DNA of 64,000 nt, taken from Nitrospirota bacterium (GTDB lineage Bacteria > Nitrospirota > UBA9217). This document shows positions 1 through 9,503 of the stretch, in pieces. A program made the translations under genes and the position numbers. The stretch covers positions 7,354 through 71,353 of the forward strand of contig JBJKRX010000158.1 in assembly GCA_046704425.1 (NCBI GenBank), given 5' to 3'. The notes beneath the pieces are model-generated. The model did no database searches. It saw only the letters and a program-made list of their open reading frames with translations, and was not told where the DNA came from. Positions within the stretch are counted from its first letter, which is position 1, and every line of letters begins with the position of its first letter.

Positions 1-442
1 TGAACGGGAAGTTTATCCGGCGAAAAGCTGGGCCACATGCAACATAGCTTATTGGCGGGACGTGTTTGATGCGCTCGGGGGGTTCGACGAATATTTCAAA
101 GAACCGAGCTGGGAGGATAACGATCTTGGACTGAGGGCAAGGTGGAAAGGCTATACTCATTATTATGCTTCAGGCGCAGTCGTATATCACCCGCACGAAA
201 AATCCATAGAAGAGTACACGAAAAAGTGCCTTTTGAACGGACGTGGTGTTGCTGCGTTCAGCCGAAAATATTTCTTCAGGAAGCCGCTTTGGAGCTTGGC
301 AGCGCCGGTTCTTATGTCCAGAAGGCTTGCCTATGGAATATTTCCGGAAGTGTGGCTGAGACGGACCGACTCTGACAAATACTTGAAGTTTATGTGGTCA
401 TACTTTTCACTGCGCGGGTTTCTCGGAGAGAAGAGTCAGTAG
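1..442 (+). CDS. glycosyltransferase, C-terminal fragment (gene starts upstream of window)
   Basis: Frame 2 is open from nt 2 with no stop, so the ORF called at 62 continues leftwards. Tail resembles GT2 C-terminal regions. Low GC, same strand as the glycan cluster. Confidence 0.45.
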   Translation, partial: EREVYPAKSWATCNIAYWRDVFDALGGFDEYFKEPSWEDNDLGLRARWKGYTHYYASGAVVYHPHEKSIEEYTKKCLLNGRGVAAFSRKYFFRKPLWSLAAPVLMSRRLAYGIFPEVWLRRTDSDKYLKFMWSYFSLRGFLGEKSQ

Positions 443-455
443 GAACCAAATATCA

Positions 456-1523
456 ATGGAAAAAACGAACCGCGTAAAGATTGTCACGGGGTTGAAATGC
501 AATATCCAATGTCTTTTTTGTTATTACCGTGACAGTCTCAAGGCGCCCAATCGGTCTCTCGCTGAAGTCGAAAGGGATCTCCGGTACGCGCGCCGTAACG
601 GAATTACCTCGGTAGATTTTTCAGGCGGTGAGCCGACCGTTCATCCACAACTGCCTGCAATGATATCGAAGGCCAAATTATTAGGCATGAAGACTGTTTC
701 GATTATTAGTAACGGGTACCGGCTAGCCGACAGGGAATACATGCGCTCTCTGAAGGAGTCAGGGCTGGATGAGATTCTATTTTCGGTGCACGGACCAGAT
801 CCGACTCTTCACGATCAGCTTACGAACGTTCAAGGGAGTTTCGAACACATAGCGTTGGCGCTGCACAATGCTGGGGAGTTGGGGATATCAGTTCGCACGA
901 ATACAGTCGTAACACGAATTAATCTAGAATCACTTGCCAAAATCGCTAAATTCGTGCTCGACTTCAAACCCATACAGGTTAATTTTATCACCATCAACGA
1001 CTGGTGTTATGCGAAGCATCTCGTCGATAAGTTGATGGCGACTTATTCCGAGATGTATCCGAAATTGGAAGAGGCTTGTGATCTGCTCGATGATCGCGTT
1101 AAAGCAGTCAATGTCCGGTATATACCGTTTTGCTTCATGAAGGGATATGAGCGGTTTATCTGTAATCACCGCCAGGTACCATATGACCCATTTGAATGGA
1201 GGCCACGGGTTCGTGCGCGGCTTGAGATTCAAAATCCGCTATGGCGATATGCAGGAATAATCGGATATGGTTTGATTGCTGGGAAAGCGTATAAGAATGC
1301 ATTCAAAATGCCGTTTAAAGACATGCTTGACGAATGCGTAACGGAAGGACTGCGACGCCGGTTCTATACAAAAAGCCGAGAATGTAAAGCGTGCATGTAC
1401 AACGAGCTTTGTGATGGATTGGAAAACACTTACGTTGAAAAATTCGGGACACAGGAGCTTTCCCCTTCACATGGGGAGATAATACCGGATCCCCTATACT
1501 TCAGGCGGTTGGTAACAACCTGA
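456..1523 (+). CDS. radical SAM protein with Cys-rich C-terminal (SPASM/twitch-like) region
   Basis: N-terminal CNIQCLFC is a CX3CX2C radical-SAM cluster motif, followed by a GGEPT-like SAM-binding motif (SGGEPTV). Extra cysteines near the C-terminus (CKACMYNELCDG). Confidence 0.8.
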   Translation: MEKTNRVKIVTGLKCNIQCLFCYYRDSLKAPNRSLAEVERDLRYARRNGITSVDFSGGEPTVHPQLPAMISKAKLLGMKTVSIISNGYRLADREYMRSLKESGLDEILFSVHGPDPTLHDQLTNVQGSFEHIALALHNAGELGISVRTNTVVTRINLESLAKIAKFVLDFKPIQVNFITINDWCYAKHLVDKLMATYSEMYPKLEEACDLLDDRVKAVNVRYIPFCFMKGYERFICNHRQVPYDPFEWRPRVRARLEIQNPLWRYAGIIGYGLIAGKAYKNAFKMPFKDMLDECVTEGLRRRFYTKSRECKACMYNELCDGLENTYVEKFGTQELSPSHGEIIPDPLYFRRLVTT

Positions 1524-1543
1524 TACCCTGAACTATTTTCATA

Positions 1544-2446
1544 ATGAGAAAAAGTCTTGCCAAGACGCTGTTTAAATTATTCCCTTTTGATCCTCGGGGG
1601 GATTGCGCTGTCCATCCCGCTAAAGAGGGTATTCAAATTTCCTGCATCATCAACTTTTTCGGAAGAATCGATCTACTGCAAGGTATCCTTTTTTCGCTGT
1701 CCGAACAGGATTTCGATCATGAGCGGCTTGAAGTCATTCTTGTAGAAGATAGGGGTGGGACTCCCGACGGAAAAAGATTAGCTGAAGAGTTCAGAGCAGT
1801 TCTCCCAATTCGCTATGCATCTCTAGACAAGAATTACGGATTAATGGGTTATTCGAGGAATTTTGGGCTTTCTCTCTCCGAGGGGAAATATATTCTTTTT
1901 TTGGACGACGATACTGTCGTATTGCAGAAGGATTTCCTTCGTGTTCTTGTCGCTGAATTTGAATCAAATCCGAATACTGACGCCGTCATTCCTCACGGAA
2001 AAGCGAGTTTCGCCACAATCCGCGGGAAATACGATTATCACATTCCTTTCTTCATGTCGAGCCGCTGCATGGCATATCGCCGGAATGTTCTGAAAGAATT
2101 ATCAGGGTTTTACTCGAATTTTGTCGGACAGGAAGACGTAGAATTTGCGATCCGTTTTTTTATGACAGGGAAAAAATGTGTCGAGTCTGATAAAGTCGTG
2201 TTTTTCCACCCCCCCCATGTCTTAGGAAAGATGAGCAAGGCCATGGCAGTCGGGATGTCCTTCGCTTCTCTCCGGAAGCGATACCCGCTACTGCTGTTTG
2301 CTTTTACAATAACCAATGGCGCCCGCCACGCTCCACTCTATCTGATCCCCATTAAGAAATTCCGTGAGATGGGAAGATTCGGCTTGGGTTTTTTGGCTGG
2401 AGTTCTGGCGGCGCCTTTTAAAAAAGAAGGATATCGGTACGGATAA
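1544..2446 (+). CDS. glycosyltransferase family 2
   Basis: GT-A fold signature with a DxD motif (ILFLDDDTVV). Confidence 0.7.
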   Translation: MRKSLAKTLFKLFPFDPRGDCAVHPAKEGIQISCIINFFGRIDLLQGILFSLSEQDFDHERLEVILVEDRGGTPDGKRLAEEFRAVLPIRYASLDKNYGLMGYSRNFGLSLSEGKYILFLDDDTVVLQKDFLRVLVAEFESNPNTDAVIPHGKASFATIRGKYDYHIPFFMSSRCMAYRRNVLKELSGFYSNFVGQEDVEFAIRFFMTGKKCVESDKVVFFHPPHVLGKMSKAMAVGMSFASLRKRYPLLLFAFTITNGARHAPLYLIPIKKFREMGRFGLGFLAGVLAAPFKKEGYRYG

Positions 2447-2483
2447 CGTGGCGGACCAGCAGGAGATAGTGATAAGGCCGGGC

Positions 2484-3275
2484 ATGGGAGCACTCCATTA
2501 CTGGCGCGATATCTGGCGCTATCGAGAACTTTTCTTTTTTCTTGCATGGCGTGATATCCTCGTTCGCTATAAACAGACCGTGATCGGAATTGCATGGAGC
2601 GTTCTGCGCCCGGTTATTACGATGCTAGTTTTAACCGTTGTCTTCGGCAAGTTCGCCAATTTGCCCTCGAACGGGGTTCCCTACGCGATTATGGTTTATG
2701 CCGCCATGCTGCCGTGGCAATTTTTCGCTAATTCTCTTACGGAAAGCAGCAATTCACTAATCAACAATTCGAATCTGCTGACTAAAGTATATTTCCCCCG
2801 TATGATCATCCCGGCCGGATCCATTATCGTCAGCCTGGTAGATTTTTTCATATCTTTCCTTATTTTGCTTGGGATAATGGCATGGTATCATTATGTGCCC
2901 GATATCAGGATTTTTCTGCTTCCTCTTTTCTTGGCTATGACATTACTCGCATCTTTCGGAGTCGGTCTGTGGCTGTCGGCACTTAATGTGAAGTACCGCG
3001 ATTTCCGTTACGTAGTTCCATTTCTTGTACAGTTCGGTCTTTATATATCCCCGGTCGGCTTTTCTAGTTCCATTGTACCGGCGCAATGGCGGTTCTTTTA
3101 CTTTCTGAACCCCATGGTAGGTGTAATAGACGGTTTTCGCTGGGCCATTCTTGGTGATTCTTTCCCGATCTTCTGGTCAGGTTTTATACTCTCAGCCTTA
3201 CTAACAATAATCACTATTACGGCCGGTATCGTCTATTTCAGAAAAATGGAGCGCTCGTTCGCGGACGTAATATAA
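2484..3275 (+). CDS. wzm: ABC-2 type polysaccharide export permease (Wzm/KpsM-like)
   Basis: Conserved N-terminus WRYRELFFFLAWRDILVRYKQTVIG and about six predicted TM helices. Start moved to ATG 2484 because the longer ORF overlaps the upstream GT. Confidence 0.8.
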   Translation: MGALHYWRDIWRYRELFFFLAWRDILVRYKQTVIGIAWSVLRPVITMLVLTVVFGKFANLPSNGVPYAIMVYAAMLPWQFFANSLTESSNSLINNSNLLTKVYFPRMIIPAGSIIVSLVDFFISFLILLGIMAWYHYVPDIRIFLLPLFLAMTLLASFGVGLWLSALNVKYRDFRYVVPFLVQFGLYISPVGFSSSIVPAQWRFFYFLNPMVGVIDGFRWAILGDSFPIFWSGFILSALLTIITITAGIVYFRKMERSFADVI

Positions 3276-3281
3276 ATAAAA

Positions 3282-4568
3282 ATGTCTGCAATCATCACTA
3301 TCGATAATCTCGGCAAGAGATATTTTTTACGCCATCAAAAAAGTCGACAACCTTACACGGCCCTTCGCGATGTGATTACAGAGAAAGCAGCCGCGCTCTC
3401 TCAAAAATTTCTAAAGCCGTTTGAGCTTCGTCGTGAAGAAACGCATACTGAACGAGAAGAGTTTTGGGCGCTAAAAAATGTCTCCTTTGAGGTGAAACAA
3501 GGGGAACGGATAGGCATTATAGGCCGAAACGGTGCCGGCAAGTCGACGCTTCTTAAAATATTGAGTAGAATAACAGAACCGACGGTGGGCGAAGTCAAAA
3601 TCAGAGGTCGAGTGGCAAGCCTACTTGAAGTCGGAACTGGATTCCATCCGGAATTAACAGGACGCGAGAATGTCTTTCTGAATGGCGCCATCCTAGGGAT
3701 GCGCAGGGGAGATATCAAGAAGAAGTTCGATCAAATTGTGGACTTTGCGGAAATCGAAAAATTTCTTGATACTCCTGTAAAACGGTATTCATCAGGGATG
3801 TATGTTCGTCTCGCTTTTGCCGTTGCTGCTCATCTCGAACCCGAGATATTAATCGTTGATGAAGTTCTTGCTGTTGGAGATGCTCAGTTTCAGAAGAAGT
3901 GTCTGGGTAGAATGGATGACGTAGCAAAAGAAGGAAGAACAGTACTATTCGTAAGCCATAATATGAGCGCCATACGAATGCTTTGTAGTACATCCATTTT
4001 GTTCAGCGCGGGAGAAATGGAGATACTTGGATCAACGGAAAACGTAATTGGGAAATATCTTGTAAGAAATTTAGCACATAGTGGTCATTGGCACAGAACA
4101 AAACCTATTCCCTCTGCTGCGGGTATCTATTTTGATGAAATTACTATTTTGGATCATAAAGGGAATATAACAGCCAAGATAGACCCAATTGAATCCTTCC
4201 GCATTGCTGTTTCAGCTCGAGCGACAGAAAAAATTCCAAGTACTCAAATAGCCATGAGAGTGACGAATCAAGAAGGAATACCTCTATTTACAACTGCGAA
4301 TAGCGATTTCTATAAAAGATTCTTAACTCTCTCGGTAGGCAAATACAAATATGAAATAAAAATGCCAGCTCGGCTTTTGCCGCCCGGATTATATAGTTTA
4401 ACAATTGCTGCAATGATTCCAAATCAGGAGTTGTTTGACGTTGTAGAAAATGAAGTCAGCTTTGAAATAAATGACGTAGGAAGTCACGTTTCTCAGCTAA
4501 GGGACGGGCGATTAGGAGTTGTTGCTCCAATTCTGGAATGGCAGCAACTTTCAGCAGATAATGCTTAG
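3282..4568 (+). CDS. wzt: ABC transporter ATP-binding protein Wzt with C-terminal glycan-binding extension
   Basis: Walker A GRNGAGKST and ABC signature region. About 180 aa of C-terminal extension beyond the NBD, as in O-antigen Wzt proteins. Confidence 0.85.
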   Translation: MSAIITIDNLGKRYFLRHQKSRQPYTALRDVITEKAAALSQKFLKPFELRREETHTEREEFWALKNVSFEVKQGERIGIIGRNGAGKSTLLKILSRITEPTVGEVKIRGRVASLLEVGTGFHPELTGRENVFLNGAILGMRRGDIKKKFDQIVDFAEIEKFLDTPVKRYSSGMYVRLAFAVAAHLEPEILIVDEVLAVGDAQFQKKCLGRMDDVAKEGRTVLFVSHNMSAIRMLCSTSILFSAGEMEILGSTENVIGKYLVRNLAHSGHWHRTKPIPSAAGIYFDEITILDHKGNITAKIDPIESFRIAVSARATEKIPSTQIAMRVTNQEGIPLFTTANSDFYKRFLTLSVGKYKYEIKMPARLLPPGLYSLTIAAMIPNQELFDVVENEVSFEINDVGSHVSQLRDGRLGVVAPILEWQQLSADNA

Positions 4569-5487
4569 TATGATTGAAAAATTATTAAAGAAGATTTTTG
4601 CTAGCCTCGGAGTAAACGTTAGGCGCATATCGAGGAAATCCTCAGATCAAATAATAAAAACACGTGTTGGTAAATTCGATTTATGGATAAACGAAACCCA
4701 TCCTCTCCCTCAATATTTGAAGTCATTCCCAAGTTATTCGTCAAATTTACCGAGGCTAGTCGCTCTTGTGAAAGAAAAATATCCTAATCTTATTTTGATT
4801 GATGTGGGAGCGAATATCGGGGATACGGTGGCTCTCGTAAGAAGTTCTGTTGATTGCCCGATCATCTGTATCGAAGGGGACACCAAATACTATTCATTGC
4901 TCGAAAAGAATATGGTGGAATTCGAGGATATTCGTCTTTACCAGACTTTTTTAGGAGAAATGAATTCTGAAGTCAGGGCTCATGGAAAAAATCAGGACGG
5001 TACGACGAGGATAGTACCGAGCGATAATAGAGTGTTACGCATCGCGTCCCTGGATACGTTATATCATGATCAAAAATTTACAAGTGCAAAAGTTATAAAA
5101 ATTGACACTGATGGATACGATCTGAAAATAATCAAAGGCGCCAAGAATTATATTAACGAAGTTAAGCCTATAATATTCTTCGAATACGATAGATTGCTGT
5201 TTGAAGAGGTTGGTGATGACGGGATTTCAACTCTTAATATGTTGGAAGAGTTTGGCTATGTCCTAATATTTTTTTACGATAATTTTGGAAGATATATTTT
5301 GTCAACTAAACTCTCAGATCATGATTTGGTTCTAGAATTACACGATTATATTAAAGAGCATAAAGGTGCATTTCCTTATTACGACGTGTGTTTATTCCCT
5401 TCATCAGATCAAGATATTGCCGAAAAGTTCAAAAAGAATGAAATGATCTTTCGAGTAGATATTCATACGGACTTAACGAAACGATGA
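4561..5487 (+). CDS. FkbM-family SAM-dependent methyltransferase
   Basis: LIDVGANIGDT motif typical of the FkbM family. ATG overlaps the wzt stop. Confidence 0.7.
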   Translation: MLSMIEKLLKKIFASLGVNVRRISRKSSDQIIKTRVGKFDLWINETHPLPQYLKSFPSYSSNLPRLVALVKEKYPNLILIDVGANIGDTVALVRSSVDCPIICIEGDTKYYSLLEKNMVEFEDIRLYQTFLGEMNSEVRAHGKNQDGTTRIVPSDNRVLRIASLDTLYHDQKFTSAKVIKIDTDGYDLKIIKGAKNYINEVKPIIFFEYDRLLFEEVGDDGISTLNMLEEFGYVLIFFYDNFGRYILSTKLSDHDLVLELHDYIKEHKGAFPYYDVCLFPSSDQDIAEKFKKNEMIFRVDIHTDLTKR

Positions 5488-5647
5488 GAGGCGGATATTC
5501 CAATCAGCTTCCGGTAATGGATTCAGTTCTTGAAGGAAATCCGGTCCGCTACTTCGATATTTATAAAGTGTGAATACGGAATTAGAGAGCTTTTTTTGAG
5601 ATTGTACGATCGACCGGATTAGTCAAAGGACGCCTGACACGACTGAA

Positions 5648-6772
5648 ATGAAAAAGGTGCTTATTCTTCGGCCTGATAATATCGGTGATGTAATTCTTTT
5701 TACAGGAGCGCTAAGGCACTTACGGAAACGCTTCACAGATGCGCATATCACGCTTGCTGTTCAATCGCATATTGTAAACCTCGTCGAGTTGTCGCCCTTC
5801 GTTGATAAAATAATATCGATAGACTCACTTGATTATGGAAAGCCTTTTGCAAAAAGCTATATTATTGCCGGATTTATAAGGGCCGCTCGTCGTTTCAAAA
5901 ATCGAATAAAACAGGAATATTCGGAAATAATCATGCCCGTTAAATCCCCTACATTACATCATCTCGTACTCATGCGCGATCTCTCCCCTAGAGCCATATG
6001 GGGTATATCCGGTTGCAACATAAATGCTCCGTCTGAAGGATTTCCGTCTCAATTAAGCCCTTTTACATTTTATCGTTCTAGCTTCGATGTGAGCAAGGTC
6101 GACCCTTGGATCCATGAACTTTATACCACCCTGGGTTACTTGCAATGGCTCGGTTGTAGCGTAGACGATATTAATGATATTCACCCTGATGTTATCTTGA
6201 CTGATGATGACAACAGATTTGCTTATAAAAAAATGGATTTGGAGCGCCTCATTGTTGGTATTGCACCGGGTACACAAGATGAGAGAAAAGGCTGGGCTAT
6301 TGACAAATTTGCCCGTGTTGTTATCAATAATAATTCTATTCGATCGGTTGTTCTCTTCGGGGGAGATGCCGACGTAACGGTGTGTTCCCGTCTCGCAGCA
6401 ATAATTCGCCGGGAGTCACCTTCAATTTCTATAATAGATCTGTCGGGCAAAACGACTCTCCGGCAATTATATGCCTGTATAAGTAAGTGTAATCTCCTGC
6501 TCGGAGTGGATTCTGCACCTATTCATATGAGCATCAGTGTAAATGTTCCCACCGTTATTATAGCGTCTGGCGCTCATAGCGGGAGATTTATTCCATGGGG
6601 AAATTCTGTCAGGGTTCGAGTTGTGGTCAAGGAACTGGATTGTTTTGGATGCAACTGGAAATGCCGTTTTACGAGCTTCAAATGCATAGATCAAATCACA
6701 ATTGCGCAGGTCACGAATGCTTGCAAGGAACTCCTTAAAGAAACACCAACACTGTCAACGTCCATAAGATGA
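5648..6772 (+). CDS. glycosyltransferase family 9 (heptosyltransferase-like)
   Basis: N-terminus KKVLILRPDNIGDVILFTGALRHLRKRF is characteristic of ADP-heptose:LPS heptosyltransferases (GT9). Confidence 0.75.
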   Translation: MKKVLILRPDNIGDVILFTGALRHLRKRFTDAHITLAVQSHIVNLVELSPFVDKIISIDSLDYGKPFAKSYIIAGFIRAARRFKNRIKQEYSEIIMPVKSPTLHHLVLMRDLSPRAIWGISGCNINAPSEGFPSQLSPFTFYRSSFDVSKVDPWIHELYTTLGYLQWLGCSVDDINDIHPDVILTDDDNRFAYKKMDLERLIVGIAPGTQDERKGWAIDKFARVVINNNSIRSVVLFGGDADVTVCSRLAAIIRRESPSISIIDLSGKTTLRQLYACISKCNLLLGVDSAPIHMSISVNVPTVIIASGAHSGRFIPWGNSVRVRVVVKELDCFGCNWKCRFTSFKCIDQITIAQVTNACKELLKETPTLSTSIR

Positions 6773-7311
6773 CTCTAACGGCGGTCAAAAGGACAATAAG
6801 ATTATGATTTTCTTCGTTTATAACTAATAACTCCTTTTATTGAAAGGAGGGCGAATTCGTCAGAAAGTGCTGTGAGGATGGGTGCATAGAGTGGTGCTAT
6901 TGCCCGAAACGGCAACGGCAAACTCGTCGATCAGAAATAGTGTTGATGACTGGGCGAAGTGGTTTGCCAGACAAGGTGCATGTTCTCAAACATCAGGAAT
7001 CATGCTCGCCCCTGGAAAGAAGTTACGCGTTGCGGTTTTATTCTATTCCTCTTCCGACCGTAAAGTAGGCATATGCCGTATCTGAACTATATCGAGAATG
7101 CAAAGGCTTTATTGTCTGGAGCAGGTTATCGAGTCGCAATCCAACAGATAATTGAGAGACAACCCGGAATCGAATCGTAAGAGCATTGAGAAATTTCAGT
7201 GGCGCTATGCTCCTGAACGTATCATTTATTAATAAACCCGAAAGACGATAGGGCAAAGACTGAAGAGCATAGCCTTTCCATGATGACCTACTAGGCGGTT
7301 TTGCAAGTGCA

Positions 7312-8118
7312 ATGATTTCGATAATTACTCCTGTTTATAACGGCGAACGCTTTATCGAATTCTGCATCAAGAATGTCATCGAGCAGAATTGTCCGGAGGC
7401 GGAGCATGTCATCGTTGATGGAGGATCACAGGACGCAACGGTTGATATCGTCCGCCACTATGCTAAAAAGTATCGCCACATTCGCTGGATCTCTGAAAAA
7501 GACCGTGGGCAATCCGACGCACTCAATAAGGGAACGAATATGGCTCGCGGCGAAATTATAGGAATACTTAACGTCGATGATTATTATGAAGCGGACACGT
7601 TGAATTCTGCCTTGCAGATATTCAAGTCTCTGCCTGAGCCATCCCTGCTCGTGGGAAAATGCAGTGTATGGAATGATGATGGCAGCCTGCATTACGTCAA
7701 TACACCAAAGAGAATCAGTCTGAGAAACATCCTCCTGGAAAGGTTTTCGTGCTCGTTTCCCTGTAACCCTGTCGCCTATTTCTATCATGCTTCTTTGCAT
7801 CATTGCGTCGGCGGATATTCCCTAGATCAACAATATGCCATGGACCTTGATTTTATTCTGAAGGCGCTTCGAATAGCAAAGGTGACATATGTAGATAGGG
7901 TCATGGGCAATTTTCGTTATCATAAGGAAACAAAGACATACCGTAATACGGTGAGTGGGAATAATATCGCCAATCGCAACGCGATGTTGAAATATTACAG
8001 GAAACAGCTGCGGCAACCAGTTAAGATGATTTTTTATGCCGAATACGGGACCATTCGTGCGGCCCGGCGGTTGCTGTGTTTGTGCAGGTCCATTTGGCAA
8101 ATGCTTCTCGCGCCTTGA
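7312..8118 (+). CDS. glycosyltransferase family 2
   Basis: N-terminus MISIITPVYNGERFIEFCIKNVIEQ ... VIVDGGSQD is a GT2 signature. Confidence 0.75.
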   Translation: MISIITPVYNGERFIEFCIKNVIEQNCPEAEHVIVDGGSQDATVDIVRHYAKKYRHIRWISEKDRGQSDALNKGTNMARGEIIGILNVDDYYEADTLNSALQIFKSLPEPSLLVGKCSVWNDDGSLHYVNTPKRISLRNILLERFSCSFPCNPVAYFYHASLHHCVGGYSLDQQYAMDLDFILKALRIAKVTYVDRVMGNFRYHKETKTYRNTVSGNNIANRNAMLKYYRKQLRQPVKMIFYAEYGTIRAARRLLCLCRSIWQMLLAP

Positions 8119-8261
8119 TTTCGCACGGGCTTCGCCTGATTACATGATCTTCTCTCCGGCAGACCATCTTTCACGCAGGAGCGATCTGCCATATTGAGCA
8201 TACACTACAGCGGCCATGCCAGACATGCCAGGAATGTTTTTGTGTCATGGAGGTATTTATG

Positions 8262-9491
8262 AATGATAAGAGTTCTTCTTTAGAACGTGTGATTATATGC
8301 GGTGGCGATGGGTTTTGTGGCTGGCCGACGTCACTCAAGCTTTCGAGCCTCGGATACGATGTCACGATCGTTGACAACCTCTCGAGGAGGAAAATTGATG
8401 TTGACCTCGAGTGTGAATCACTGACCCCAATTCGGCATGTTTCGCAACGGTTGGCTGCTTGGAAACGAGTAACGGGAAAAAGAATAGATTTTGTCAATAT
8501 CGACGTGGCGGTTCAGTACAACAAGCTGTTGGAGTTGATCAAGAGGCAGCAACCCATTGCTATAGTCCATTTCGCAGAGCAGAGGGCTGCTCCTTTTTCG
8601 ATGAAATCCTCGTATCACAAACGATACACCGTGGACAATAATATCAATGCAACTCATAATATATTGTCTGCGATTGTGGAATCAAGGGCTGACGTGCACC
8701 TCATTCATTTAGGGACCATGGGTGTATATGGTTACGGCACTGCCGGTATGAAGATCCCTGAGGGATATATTAAAGTGAGGGTTGGTTCCGAGGGCACTGG
8801 GAAGGACGAAAAGCTTGTTGAAATTCCCTATCCACCTGATCCTGGAAGCATCTATCACATGACGAAAACGATGGATGCTCTTATGTTTTACTATTATGGG
8901 AAAAATGACAAGGTGCGGATTACTGACTTGCATCAAGGCATTGTCTGGGGAACGAATACGCCTGAGACAATGCTCGACGAGGAACTTATAAATCGGTTTG
9001 ATTATGATGGAGATTACGGGACAGTGTTGAATCGCTTTTTGATGCAGGCTACGATCGGACATCCTTTGACAGTGCATGGCAGTGGCGGACAAAAGAGGGC
9101 GTTTATACACATTAAGGATACAACGGAATGTATTAAACTGGCCCTTGAAAATCCTCCAGAAAAGGGTCGAAAGGTGAGAATATTTAATCAGACTACCGAG
9201 ACCCACCGTGTACGTGAGCTTGCGGATCTCGTGTCTATGTTGACGGGAGCGGAAGTGAGATTTTTTGTCAACCCCAGAATTGAAGCAGGGGAGAACGAAC
9301 TGGACGTTCATAACGAAAACTTTCTCAGTCTCGGGCTTCATCCCACCACACTGAACGATGGGTTGATGAAGGAAGTAACGGACATAGCAAAGAAGTATAA
9401 GGACCGCTGCAATAAATCTAAAATAATCTGTACGTCTAGGTGGAGTGAGGACATTCCTCTCGACTTTGAAGGGGCGTCCCATCCTTTGTGA
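8262..9491 (+). CDS. sqdB: UDP-sulfoquinovose synthase (SQD1/SqdB/Agl3 family)
   Basis: Collinear matches to SQD1/SqdB hallmarks: GGDGFCGW, DNLSRR, ESLTPI, HFAEQRAAPFSM, LGTMGVYG, FYHMTK, DLHQGIVWG, NRFDYDG, IGHPLTVHGSGGQKR, RIFNQTTE, NPRIEAGE. GGAGG RBS 6 nt before ATG 8262. Confidence 0.85.
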   Translation, partial: NDKSSSLERVIICGGDGFCGWPTSLKLSSLGYDVTIVDNLSRRKIDVDLECESLTPIRHVSQRLAAWKRVTGKRIDFVNIDVAVQYNKLLELIKRQQPIAIVHFAEQRAAPFSMKSSYHKRYTVDNNINATHNILSAIVESRADVHLIHLGTMGVYGYGTAGMKIPEGYIKVRVGSEGTGKDEKLVEIPYPPDPGSIYHMTKTMDALMFYYYGKNDKVRITDLHQGIVWGTNTPETMLDEELINRFDYDGDYGTVLNRFLMQATIGHPLTVHGSGGQKRAFIHIKDTTECIKLALENPPEKGRKVRIFNQTTETHRVRELADLVSMLTGAEVRFFVNPRIEAGENELDVHNENFLSLGLHPTTLNDGLMKEVTDIAKKYKDRCNKSKIICTSRWSEDIPLDFEGASHPL

Positions 9492-9503
9492 GGTTATACG
9501 CTA

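Noticed and set aside
6882-7256. Short ORFs (67 aa +, 72 aa -) in the 540-nt gap of the glycan island
   Set aside because: No RBS, no family resemblance, mutually overlapping. Treated as non-coding or gene remnant.
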